64,000 nt of DNA, from positions 24,366,001-24,430,000 of the forward strand of contig NC_043015.1 in NCBI RefSeq assembly GCF_006345805.1. Reading direction: 5' to 3'. The position numbers and the translations under genes are program-made. This DNA is from Octopus sinensis. Taxonomy: Eukaryota. This document shows, piece after piece, positions 1 to 12,804 of the stretch (its first letter is position 1; each line of letters opens with the position of its first letter). The notes beneath the pieces were generated by a model. That model did no database searches, was not told where the DNA came from, and saw only the letters and a program-made list of their open reading frames with translations.

Positions 1-375
1 CTCAGTGGCAGACACTGAGCAGAAATTATCGTCATGCCAAGTTCATTGTGTAGGATATTCTGAACTCTCTCACGGTATATAACAATAGAATTGACTATTT
101 AATTTAGAATCAGTCGTACATCAATTTACCATGTGCTGAACACGATCAATGTTTTCCTTGGTGTTGACAGTTTCAGGACATCCACACATTGGGTCATCTA
201 CAAAACTCTCCCTTTCCCTCATAAATTCTGCTGCCCACTTTGCACTGTTGTTAAAGCTAGGACGTCAAAATTTAATGTAGCAACCATGACAGTATGAATA
301 TCTTTGAGGGCGAAACCCTTTTCCTGCAGATTCTTGATGTCACTATGGAGCCAAGATTTGTCTATTTTCTACAGT
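1..375 (-). mobile_element. Decayed mariner transposase, N-terminal HTH region
   Basis: Manual minus-strand translation across frameshifts gives IKNLQEKGFALKDIH..TV / KWAAEFMRERESFVDDPMCGCPETVNTKENIDRVQHMV / RERVQNILHNELGMTIISAQCLP, matching the mariner KW..EF..GR.S..DD.RSGRP...IL..LGM..VSARWVP pattern. Confidence 0.85.
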
Positions 376-550
376 AGTCGCTACTTGTTACACTTGCTGT
401 CTTCTTTCAACATTCAATTATATATTTAAAATTAATACTTATATACATATGTATATAATTATTAATTTAATGTATAAATTTCCTATAAACATTCATAGCA
501 TTCTAACTACCGGATAAAATTCATTAACGAGATTTTATTCTTATATTCTC

Positions 551-910
551 AGAGTGCCTGTGTGGTAAGCAGCTTGCTAACCAACCACATGGTCCTAGCT
601 TCAGTCCCACTGCAGGGCACCTTGGGCAAGTGTCTTCGGGCCGCCCAAACCCTTGTGAGTGGGATTTGGTAGACGGAAACTGGAAGAAGCCCGTCGTATA
701 TGTATATATATATATGCATGTTTGTGGGTCTGCGTTTGTCCCCCAACATCGCTTGACAACCGATGCTGGTGTCTTAGCGGTTCGGCAAAAGAGACCGATA
801 GAATAAGTATTATGCTTACAAAAAATAAGCTCTGGGGTCGATTTTCTCGACTAAAGACGGTGCTTCAGCATATACGCAGTCACATGACTGAAAAATGTAA
901 AAGAACAAAA
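551..910 (+). mobile_element. tRNA-headed SINE, family B (CORE-like, resembles octopus OR SINEs)
   Basis: GTGGTAAG A-box, GTTCAGTCCC-type B-box and GGCACCTTGGGCAAGTGTCTT core; many similar copies in this window. Confidence 0.8.
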
Positions 911-1193
911 GATCTCCAGACTGCTGTCCAAGGTGCCACATGGTGGGACTGAATCCTGAATCATGTGGATGGAACGCAAACGTCTCGCCAGCTTTTATGT
1001 GGAATTTCCATAAGTTCCCGTAATTCCTACTCCCTGTCACACCCTCCAGTTTGTGCTTATATCACTGGAAAGTAGTTTCGATACCACACACTTGCCTAAC
1101 ATCCCACTACACTCCTTTACCTAAAAACGCCGCCACCACCATTATTATTATTATTATTATTATTGTTATTATTATTATTATTATAATTATAAA

Positions 1194-1590
1194 GGTGGCG
1201 AGCTGGCAGAAACGTTAGCACACCGGGCGAAATGCTAAGCGGTATTTCGTCTGCTGCTACGTTCTGAGTTCAAATTCCGCCGAGGTCGACTTTGCCTTTC
1301 ATCTTTCGGGTTCGATTAAATAAGTACCAGTTACGCACTGGGGTCGATGAAATCGACTTAATCCGTTTGTCTTTCCTTGTTTGTCCCCTCTGTGTTTATC
1401 CCCTTGTGGGTAGTAAAGAAATAAGTATTTCACCTGTCACTACATTCTAGGTTCAAATTCCGCCGAGGTCGACTTTGACTTTCATCCTTTCGGCGTCGAT
1501 AAATTAAATACTAGTGAAACACTGGGGTCGATGTAATCGACTAGTCCCCTCCCATAAAATTTCAGACGTTGTGCCTATATCAGAAATTAT
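1194..1590 (+). mobile_element. tRNA-headed SINE, family A (full copy plus partial second copy)
   Basis: GGCGAGCTGGCAGAAACGTTAGC head, GAGTTCAAATTCC B-box and GTCGACTTTGCCTTTCATC body; repeated elsewhere in the window. Confidence 0.8.
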
Positions 1591-1949
1591 TATTATTATA
1601 TTATTATTATTATTATTATTATTGAGTGAGTAAGTGAAGAGTACATGCCATCAAAGTGACGCTGGGATACAAATATACGAATCCCAATATGCCATCATGA
1701 AAACCCGACTGATAAGAGCACGCCGGTGACATACATCGCAACCATACATATGCAATACGGGGACCTCATATCAAGATAAACAATGGCTTACTTTGCAGGT
1801 GTAGCCCAGTCAGAATTTTCTTCATGTCGAGTTTCCCATCCTACTCAAAAGATCCTTGAATAAGGGTAGTTTAGGGATGATAAGCGAAAGCCCCATGTGT
1901 TCAGGAGTAAATTATTCAAACCACAAAAACTCCCTCACAATTATTGTTG

Positions 1950-1964
1950 TTATTATTACTGTTG

Positions 1965-2019
<55 letters not shown>

Positions 2020-2040
2020 TATTATTATTATTGCTATTAT
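1950..2040. repeat. (TAT)n microsatellite
   Basis: Direct reading; explains the poly-I/poly-Y ORFs. Confidence 0.95.
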
Positions 2041-2459
2041 TTTTCTCAATATTCGTCGTTTTTATCATTATTGTTGCTGTTATCATTATAATTATGTTTT
2101 CTTGGAAACGCCATTATTAAAGAATTTCATTGTAATTAAAGATGAATGTATCCAAATATGGCAAAGTGGTTCACCTCATCAGATTATTGACTATATGGCT
2201 TCCTGATAACAGCATAATTGGTATTACACTAATTATCATGAATAATGCAGCGCTATATATCACAAGTGGACGTCAAATCACCTTCGGTTTCCAGCAATTT
2301 CTAATTTGTTTTAATTTCATACCGTTTATCTTCAGGCAATTTTAAATAGAAAAACTGAACGCTTAATATAATGATGATTATGATGCTTCGCAGATGTTGT
2401 TGATGATGATGTCAACGAATCCAACAATAATGCCGAAAATAATAATGATAATAATAATG

Positions 2460-2491
<32 letters not shown>

Positions 2492-2514
2492 TCTCCTTCT
2501 TCTTCTTCTTCTTC

Positions 2515-2549
<35 letters not shown>

Positions 2550-2747
2550 TCTTTTATTAGCTACAAGGGCCCCAGACATCGAGGACAATATCGAAGGACG
2601 AGTTACAACACAAAAATGTTGGTTTAAATCATTAGTGTGTGTGTGTGTTGTGTATATGTGTGCGTGTGTGTACTAATGTATTTAGATAAATAGAGAGAGG
2701 GAGAGACAGACAGGCAGGGATACAGACAGAGAGGCAGATAGACAGAT

Positions 2748-2897
<150 letters not shown>

Positions 2898-4739
2898 GAT
2901 GGACGGACAGACGACTGGTTGTATGGATAGAAATGTCTGATTTTTTGATGTCAAGTTCTAAATAAAAACAATTTAACATTAAACTGAGAATTACTCCATA
3001 CTTTTTGTTAGGGACCATAGAGTTTCACAAGGAAAAGTTCGAGTGAGCCTTCGAATATTGGCTAACTCACCTTCATGAGGCTATTTTTATTTATGCAGAG
3101 ACACGGGCATACTTGTATGCATACACAGACATGTGTGTATTTGTGTGTGCGCGCGTGTATTTTCCGCTTCATTCCTGTTAGTTTGCTCTGTTACAGTCAA
3201 TTTTTATTTTCATATTTCCCCATTATTTTACTTATTTATAAACAAACATATTCATTAATAATTGTTTGTTTGTATTTTAATAATGTTTCAAAATTATTTT
3301 TTAACCTAATTTCACAGTGAACTCTCTATTACCGACCTGTTGTAAACTACAACGCATCAAGACAGTCATACAACATCGGCTATCTTTATAAACTTAACCA
3401 GATAATATGATTGAATTTACTACGGTCATAGGAATGCGGTGTGTGAGGAGGGAGAAAAAAAACAATCCCAGCTTCGCTTCTTTTGATAGAAATACAAATA
3501 AACATATTCAATAAAGAACCTTTTCACCGGATGTCATATTATATCCAGAGGAAATCGTATGAAATGATATTAGACTGGTTATTCTTTGTTCAATGAATAA
3601 AATTTCTGGATATGAAACAAATATGAAACGAATGAAAATCAATTTTGCACAGGGTTTCGTATGTTATGAATTTATATAATGAACTACAATTTCGTCCTTT
3701 ATAAAAACGTTTCTTCTTTTTAAAGTTATATTGTACGCATTGTTATATATGAATGTCCAACAGACATCGTGTTTCCTATAACTTATCTCTACTAATACTG
3801 CTGCCACTACGACGACGGCGACCTCTGCAGTCTGTTATCAACTCACATGCATACTTTCTTCATAAAAGGCTGATCCGTCACCGCTACCAACCCATCTCTT
3901 GTCCTCCCACTGTCCACATCTCCGACTTTCGCACAATCAAGTCTTGTATGAACTGTGAACCAATTAATTTACTTCATTTGTCCGTGTAGTTATAATAAAA
4001 AAACTGGGCCATGAGAAGGAGTAAATTCATTTCACAACCACACCGTTCCAGGTTCAGTTTCATTACCTGACTCGCAGTTTCACGTGGCTGGGCCAGCGTC
4101 TTCTAATATAGCACCAGTCAAACCATTTCCACGCGTGTGTGCATGTGTGGTGGGGGATGGTGGGAGGGCGAATTATCATCGCTGAAGTTGAAATATTATT
4201 ATGTGGAATTGATTTCGAAAAGAAATGCCAGGTATATATTCGCATTATAACTGTAACTAAACACAAACCGTCAATTGGTTGGTCTGCCTGCGAGAAATAG
4301 AAGCTACAATTACACACAAGTTAAGTGAGAGGAAAAGGGAAGGACACTGGATATTATAATCAGGAATGAAACGTGTCTAAATATAATACAGGTAGTGGAT
4401 TCTGTGGGGCAGCGTTTCAGAAAAGATGTACCTGGAAATTAGTTCGGTAAGAACAGCAATAAATAAAAATGTGTCATTATGAGGCTGGTCTGCTTGTGTG
4501 AAATAAGAGCCACAATTTACACGAAACATATGCCAACTCTTGAAAACAAGAAAAATGCATGACAGTATATGTATTATAATCAGGAATAAAACATGTCTAA
4601 TGAGAAGTGAGGTGTGGTTGTGTGGTAACAAGCTCGCTTCCGAACCACGGGGTGCGAACCTTCAGTGAGTATTTTCTACAAGGGTCGATCAAAGCCTTAT
4701 GAATAGATTTGTAGAAAGAAACTGAAAGAAGCCTGTCGC

Positions 4740-4903
4740 AGGTGCAGGAGTGGCTGTGTGGTAATTAGCGTGCTTACAAGCCACATGGTTCTGGGTTCAG
4801 TCCCACTGCATGGCACCTTGGGCAAGTGTCATCTACTATAATCTCGGACCAACCAAAGCCTTGTAAGTGGATTTGGTAGGCGGAAACTGAAAGAAGTCCG
4901 AGG

Positions 4904-4936
<33 letters not shown>

Positions 4937-5082
4937 ATCTGTGAAATTCCAACCTAGTCTGATTTTCACGCTTTATTATTTACAATTTTGCAGTATTGTA
5001 ATAATAGAATATCATATATATTGTAGAAATTCGGATATATATATGTGTGTGTGTGTGTGTACACACACACACACGCACACAC

Positions 5083-5158
<76 letters not shown>

Positions 5159-5465
5159 AAGAGAGAGAGATAAAAATGGTTAAGAGTCCATACAAATCAA
5201 AAATTACCGTTAAAAATGTAAAAAAAATAGTTAAAAGAAGTAAAGTTTTTACATTTGTATTAGTGTGTGTGTATGTGTGTCCACTACGGCTTGACAACCG
5301 GCGGTGGTGTATTCATGTCCGTGTAACTTAATGGTTTGGCAAAAGAGACCGATAGAATAAGTACCAGACTTTACAAAGAAATATACATTCGATTAAAATT
5401 CCTTCAAAGTGGTGCCCAAGGATGGCCGCAGTCTAATGGCGAAAACAAAGTAAAAGATAAAAGAT
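4740..5465 (+). mobile_element. Family B SINE split by microsatellite and AT-rich sequence
   Basis: Head at about 4740-4900; 3' part (GCTTGACAACCG...GGCCGCAGTC...AAAGATAA) at about 5280-5465. Confidence 0.7.
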
Positions 5466-5537
5466 GGCCACTGGAAGAATGCCTTTCATAATAGGACTCA
5501 AGCGGAGAGTACACTTGGGGCTAAACCAACACTATGG

Positions 5538-5539
5538 CA

Positions 5540-5592
<53 letters not shown>

Positions 5593-5615
5593 GACTACAA
5601 CTACTGCTGCTGCTG

Positions 5616-5669
<54 letters not shown>

Positions 5670-5675
5670 TTACTA
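5538..5675. repeat. (CTA)n/(CTG)n microsatellite
   Basis: Direct reading. Confidence 0.95.
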
Positions 5676-6422
5676 CCATTACTGTTGCCACTTTTCCTGC
5701 ATTGACATCCGTTTTCTCTTCTTCGTTCATTCTAAAAAGATTGATGGATGAGTTTTCTCTGGCATGCCACCATTAGTCCCATTGCTCTTCCATGTTTCAT
5801 TCAATGGTAATTTAGAATAGTGGGAACAAGGAACCAAAATAAGATATACAGAACTGCTTGAAATTTTACAAGCAGTTTCTTGTTTTGTTCTGTTCCCGAA
5901 GAAATTGTACTCATAAAAATGGCTGACATAATGGAAGATTTGTGAATTTCAGATTTGATGATCAATATTCAGAAAGAGAGACATAAAGAGAGAGAGTGAT
6001 GGGAGATAGACAGGGAGGCAGATAGATGGCGGGAAAGGCGGAGAAAAAAAAAATATATATATATTTGATATAATAAATGCGTAAACTAATTTCTGTGTCA
6101 GTGTGTCACACTTCGACCCCCTCCCTCACTATTCATTGACACTCCTTCTATTTCTCAGGTTGAGGTGAGAGTTAAAGTAGGCATAGAGAACGAAGTAGCT
6201 TGACGTTTGTGATGGTAACGGGTTGATAGTAGTAGTATAAGCTGTAGTTGTGATAGAAGCGGTGATGATGGTGGAGGGAAAGACGGCGAAGTCAAATGTA
6301 TTGATGGTGGTGCTGTCAGAATTCCGAATGGTGTGTCTATGGCAGTTGTGTTGATGTTGGTAGTATACAAATATATATATGCATGCGCGCGCACACGCAC
6401 ACACGCACGCAAACACACACAC

Positions 6423-6459
<37 letters not shown>

Positions 6460-6543
6460 GAGATGATTTGGTATGCAGCAAACCCAAAAGGCAGGTATGG
6501 CTAAGTGCTATGGAAGGACCGCTGTGTGAGTGAGCGTGTATGA

Positions 6544-6588
<45 letters not shown>

Positions 6589-6786
6589 ATATAGATATTA
6601 CTAAGCAATAGAGGGTTTAGCAACGAATTGCCTTACCACATACCGAATTTAGAAATAGCAGTCAAAGAGTTATAGCTATTTCTTCTACTAAAAAGGGAGA
6701 TCTCAGTAAAAACAGCAGTTGGAAGGCAGACACAAACAGGTAAGAGAGAATGAATTGACGGCAATCTATCATACAATTTTAAGTTA

Positions 6787-6886
6787 TCTACGGACGTACG
6801 TTTCGAAATCAAGTTTTTAGGAAAGCATAAGAATTAAATATTAAATAATTCTATCTTACCAAAACTTCTTTTCTCTTCAGCGTAGA
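6787..6886 (-). ncRNA. Type I hammerhead ribozyme (antisense copy)
   Basis: Reverse complement of 7206-7304 with one extra base in stem II; CUGAAGA, GAAA and GUC all intact. Confidence 0.85.
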
Positions 6887-7205
6887 ATACTATAATCATA
6901 AATGATTATATATTGAATTTTGAGGCTTTTACATGCCGAAGACTACTTGGTGTAATTGATAATTATTCCAAATTAATTAATTTCACCCTTCATTATTACG
7001 GATAACCATATTTTATCTCAGTAGATGACCACAGCATCTTGTTTTGGCTACACGCGGGTGGGAAGGGGCTGGTGACACAATCTTTTCATTCACACATTGA
7101 ATTTGGTGATACTAGTTGCGGATTCTAGCTCGCTCTGATACTGAGTTGAGTTGGTGCCTTCTAGTATCTCAAAATTCAATATATAATCATTTATGATTAT
7201 AGTAT

Positions 7206-7304
7206 TCTACGCTGAAGAGAAAAGAAGTTTTGGTAAGATAGAATTATTTAATATTAATTCTTATGCTTTCCTAAAAACTTGATTTCGAAACGTACGTCCG
7301 TAGA
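7206..7304 (+). ncRNA. Type I hammerhead ribozyme, predicted cleavage after C7298
   Basis: Stem I UCUACG(7206-11)/CGUAGA(7299-304); CUGAAGA 7212-18; long stem II GAAA/UUUC, AAGUUUU/AAAACUU, AGAAUUA/UAAUUCU; GAAA 7287-90; stem III AC-GUAC-GU; C17. Confidence 0.9.
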
Positions 7305-7797
7305 TAACTTAAAATTGTATGATAGATTGCCGTCAATTCATTCTCTCTTACCTGTTTGTGTCTGCCTTCCAACTGCTGTTTTTACTGAGATCTCCCTTTT
7401 TAGTAGAAGAAATAGCTATAACTCTTTGACTGCTATTTCTAAATTCGGTATGTGGTAAGGCAATTCGTTGCTAAACCCTCTATTGCTTAGTATTACTTAA
7501 ATTTTCCTCGATTGAGGCTTTTACATGCCGAAGACTACTTGGTGTAATTGATAATTATTCCAAATTAATTAATTTCACCCTTCATTATTACGGATAACCA
7601 TATTTTATCTCAGTAGATGACCACAGCATCTTGTTTTGGCTACACGCGGGTGGGAAGGGGCTGGTGACACAATCTTTTCATTCACACATTGAATTTGGTG
7701 ATACTAGTTGCGGATTCTAGCTCGCTCTGATACTGAGTTGAGTTGGTGCCTTCTAGTATCTCAAAATTCAATATATAATCATTTATGATTATAGTAT

Positions 7798-7895
7798 TCT
7801 ACGCTGAAGAGAAAAGAAGTTTTGGCAAGATAGAATTATTTAATATTAATTCTTATGCTTCCTAAAAACTTGATTTCGAAACGTACGTCCGTAGA
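7798..7895 (+). ncRNA. Type I hammerhead ribozyme, predicted cleavage after C7889
   Basis: Second tandem copy; CUGAAGA 7804-10, GAAA 7878-81, GUC 7887-89. Confidence 0.9.
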
Positions 7896-8181
7896 TAACT
7901 TAAAATTGTATGATAGATTGCCGTCAATTCATTCTCTCTACCTGTTTGTGTCTGCCTTCCAACTGCTGTTTTTACTGAGATCTCCCTTTTTAGTAGAAGA
8001 AATAGCTATAACTCTTTGACTGCTATTTCTAATTCGGTATGTGGTAAGGCAATTCGTTGCTAAACCCTCTATTGCTTAGTATTACTTAAAGTTTCCTCGA
8101 TTGAGGCTTTTACATGCCGAAGACTACTTGTGTAATTGATAATTATTCCAAATTAATAATTTCACCCTTCATTATTACGGA

Positions 8182-8233
<52 letters not shown>

Positions 8234-8353
8234 GTGTGTGTGTATATATATTATATGCAGATAGAAAGGGAGAGGGGGAACAGAGAGACAGAGAAAAGGA
8301 GGGTTAAAGAGAGAACAAGAGAAATGTATAGACAGGGAGAGAGACAGGTAAAC

Positions 8354-8396
<43 letters not shown>

Positions 8397-9851
8397 GTAG
8401 CCACGCAATTACAAACAAAACTGTTATAATGATACGGCATAAATGAAATGTTCACTTCTATTGTAGAAGAACAAAAGGAAATACGATAAAATATTCACAA
8501 GTTAGACAGCTTGATCGCTATACTTGCTTTTATTGTTTCCTACGCACTATTCCTTAGAAATGTGATTTTGTAGGATATTAAACTCATCATCAGAGAAAAA
8601 ATATATATATTTCGTTTGCGCTTTAGAGCGGGGGTGGGGCAACTTGTATGCAATCTTTCTACATGGCGGAAATATCTGCCATTTTTGTTTTTTCTTCCAT
8701 AGATCACATAAACTTTTCTGGAATAGGGGGGAAAAGATATCACAATGCAGTGATGGGTCACAATCTAATTCAGATATGAAAGGTTTTGATCGTTGGTGTC
8801 CTGAATGAGATGTCACCAACGTTTAAGGAACAATAACAATGAAACAAACAACAAACAACAAGAACACCAAAATAACCACTACAACATCACCAACAAAGAC
8901 CAACAACAGGAACAACACCAACAGCATACACAACAAAACAAAAACAATAATGACGATGAGGAAAACATGAACTACAACATCATTCTCATGTTTCGTATAT
9001 CATTTTCCGTTTAAGGGAGTGAAATTAACACTTATTGTAAAAGAAGGACACCCATATACTTTTCAGTGCTCCCACCGCCTACAGCTGAAGTTATATGCAG
9101 CCTGCAGAACATAATTAGCTGTAGATGGTGGTCTCAACAGAGAAACAGCACTCAAAGCAAGCCTCAAATCACACATCACTGTCAATAAAGAAACTAAAAG
9201 ATACAGTAGATAATCAAATGTAATGTCTCTCTTAAAAGATTCTATATTAACAGAACAAACGCTTTTTATTATATATTTGATCTCTCCAGGCAGCGTCGGA
9301 GCAACAACAGCAGCAACGACTTATAATTAGATGGACTTGCGTTTGAGAGATCTCTGTGTCTTTGAACTACCAAATTCACATCGGACTCTTTGATTTCTCT
9401 TTATTGCCAAAACAATCTACTCTATTAAAACAATAGATTCCTACAATTTATTATATTATATTATACCACATTATGTTATATTATATCGCATTACATTATG
9501 TGGTGTTATGTTATATACCTATTTACATTTACTATGGAAGGGGAAGCAATCTACCACTTAAAAAGCAACATCGTAATTAATGTGGAATGTCATTCCAATA
9601 TAAATAAACTGATGAGTTCTTCAAAGTAAATGTGTATTCGAAGCACCAGTTTGCGATAGATACGTTTTCTCTCAAACCTTGATTGGTCAGATGTCAAGTA
9701 GATATTTTTTCTCGTTGCTCATTCGCATCTGTTTTCGTGCCAGTTTGTATCACGTAATGCCTAAGAACCAATTGTATCATAGCCTGTTGGCTACTAGTTA
9801 CTAGCAAACACACACACATACGCGCTCACACATATAGGTTCACACACACAC

Positions 9852-9915
<64 letters not shown>

Positions 9916-9983
9916 GAATATACATATATCTGTGCGTGTACATGTATGCATATAAGAATATATACACATATATACATATATAT

Positions 9984-10016
<33 letters not shown>

Positions 10017-10019
10017 TTA

Positions 10020-10130
10020 CAGTGTACATTTAAACCCATAAGAGATGGCCATAATCGGACATCTAAACCGCTAGAAGGAGTAGTTAAAAGTCTGATTATG
10101 GCCATATCTTATGTATTTAAATGTACACTA
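10020..10130. mobile_element. Small TA-flanked MITE-like hairpin
   Basis: 40-bp arms 10021-10060 and 10090-10129 match at 36 of 40 positions; CAGTG-type end and flanking TA suggest Tc1/mariner. Confidence 0.65.
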
Positions 10131-11072
10131 TATATAATGAAACATATATTGACTATTGACTAGGTTTTCTACACGCTAGGCCACGGTGGTAAACAAATTT
10201 CTAAATAATATTTTACTACCTTGAAATTTATTAATATATATATATAGAAAGATAGATAAATAGCTACATACATACATAAACGGCAGTCTGTCTGGTTGCC
10301 TGATTGTGTCAAGCTGCTGCCTACACCCGTTAACGATTCTTCATGAAACTTTCCATACATGTTAAACTAACATCCATTTAGTTACTAGGCTCATTGCAAT
10401 TTAATAAAAATCTATAATCGGACAGTTAGGGCACCTAGAAAGGGTTCAGATATAAATTATCGATTTTCCTTTAACGGTCAAGGAGAAATAACCCGTTCAT
10501 TTTTCTTTATTTTCTCTTTTGCCTACTGGTCATTTTCTCCCTCCATTTATTAGAGAAGCAATATCATTAGAGTGACCATTTGCCAGTAGTTACATTGTAT
10601 AAATGGGTGTGCGTTCTACATTACGTGGACTTTCTTACAAGAAATTGTCAGACAAGGTCAGTGATACTATCAGTCTAACCCCTGTCCTAAGTCAATATAT
10701 AAATTTAACGATATTTCATGGACCTGCTTAAGATCTTACTTTTAAAACACATTTGTGTAAAATCTCACCATGGATTATAGAAATATCAAAGTCACAGCTT
10801 ATTTGCAAATTTCACCATTAACGTACTGTTTCCATGGCAACTATGCAAACCTTTTTCAAAATATTACATTATATTTGGTATGAATAAAGTTGGGTATGTT
10901 TATTTCTTAGTATTTTAACTGTTAGGGTTATTTTCGCACTTTACCCAGAAAACCCCTCAAACAAGTAAATAGTATTTTCTTCAACAATAAATCCATTCAT
11001 TTCGGTTAGTGACTTCTTCACAATTAATGTCACTTTAGCTAATTGACAGGTGCTGCATGAAAATATTTTCAG

Positions 11073-11217
11073 ATTATGTACATTATTTACATTATTTATA
11101 TTCGACGGATATTTGTCCTCATCTTGTTTGTTTCGGCTGATATACCCTCCTGCCTTAATCAGGTGTCTTCGGGAAATTTCAAATCTGGGTCCTCATTCCT
11201 AAGGTATTTTTCGATGC

Positions 11218-11257
<40 letters not shown>

Positions 11258-11401
11258 AAGCAGGTCACTGCCTAGAATCGAACTCGGAATCTTGGGGTTA
11301 GTAGCCCGCGCTCTTAAGCGCTACGCCATATGCCCGTGGGTTAGTGGTTAAGAGCGCCGGCTACTAATCCCAAGATTCCGAGTTCGATTCCAGGCAATGA
11401 C

Positions 11402-11444
<43 letters not shown>

Positions 11445-11593
11445 TCAAAAAATACCTTAGGAATGAGAACCCAGGTTCGAAATTTCTCCAAGGCACCCGA
11501 TGAAGGCTGGAAGGTATATCAATCGAAACGTGTTAACAAAAACAAGATGCAAAATATCCGTCAAATGTAAATAATGTAAATGATATACATAAT
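11073..11593. mobile_element. Palindromic element of two head-to-head units, each tRNA-like head + (AAT)n + degenerate hammerhead tail
   Basis: Left half is the imperfect reverse complement of the right half, centred near 11333; B-box GTTCGATTC in both; HHR-like motifs at 11130-11166 (-) and 11493-11530 (+). Confidence 0.8.
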
Positions 11594-12059
11594 TCCTCAT
11601 CTCTTAAATATAGAACTGTATTAAACTTTCCAGAGTTACTTTGAATTTTTATTATCTCATATCCGATTTGCCTGTTATTACGTAACATGCTTCACAATTT
11701 TTGTATACATACCTTATTGGTATTTCCTCCTAAATTCTATATACTCTGGAAACGCATCAAAGACCTTTTCAAGGCTATTTTATTTGAATTGTTACTATCG
11801 AGTAACTGATTAACATATTATTACGTAAGCGACTTCAAGATATTGGTATTCATAGCTTATTGGGATTTCCTAAAAACAAAATTCTACGTAAAGAGGGTTT
11901 CGTATTATCTGTAAATGCACAAAAAACGTTTCAAGGGCTATGTGCTTTTATAGTTGCTATTGGATTAGTGAAACAATTATGAGAACGGAACGATGGGATA
12001 AGCCCCGTTCTCCCGGGAATTACCGGGTACGTCAGCCAGTGTGTGTGTGTGCATGTATG

Positions 12060-12101
<42 letters not shown>

Positions 12102-12454
12102 ATCATCGAAGCCTTGTGAGTGGATTTGGTAGACGAAAACTAAACGAAGTCTGTTGTATATGTTTGTTTGTGAGAATGTGTGCTTGTGTGTGTGTCTGTG
12201 TGTATGTATATATGCATTTATGTGTGTGTGCGTCTTCGTGTCTGTATTTGTCACCACCACCACCACTATCCTTTGACCACTGATGTCGGTGTCTTTACGT
12301 CCATTTAACTTAACTTCGGCAAAAGAAGCGATAGAATAAGTACTAGAGCAAGTACTAGGTTTACAAAGAATGTCTCGCTTGTCACTTAGAAGAAAATCCT
12401 TTAAGGCGGACCTGCAGCATGGCCGTAGTAAAAATGACTGAAACGAGTAAAAGA

Positions 12455-12461
12455 ATATATA

Positions 12462-12521
<60 letters not shown>

Positions 12522-12616
12522 TATATATAAATATATATATATACATATATAAATATATATATACATATATAAATATTATATATACATATATAAATATATA
12601 TATATATACATATATA

Positions 12617-12648
<32 letters not shown>

Positions 12649-12715
12649 ATATATATATATATATAGATAAATATATATATATATATATATATAAACATAT
12701 ATATATATATATATA

Positions 12716-12804
<89 letters not shown>

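Larger units (their letters stand above)
6599..8186. repeat. ~590-bp tandem array (2 full units plus a partial) preceded by an inverted partial copy
   Basis: TGAGGCTTTTACATGCCGAAG starts at 6921, 7513 and 8102; 6599-6924 is the reverse complement of 7168-7492. Confidence 0.97.

Noticed and set aside
11265-11400. Possible genuine tRNA genes
   Set aside because: A and B boxes are present but acceptor stems pair poorly; these are SINE-type heads. The same applies to the other tRNA-like heads.
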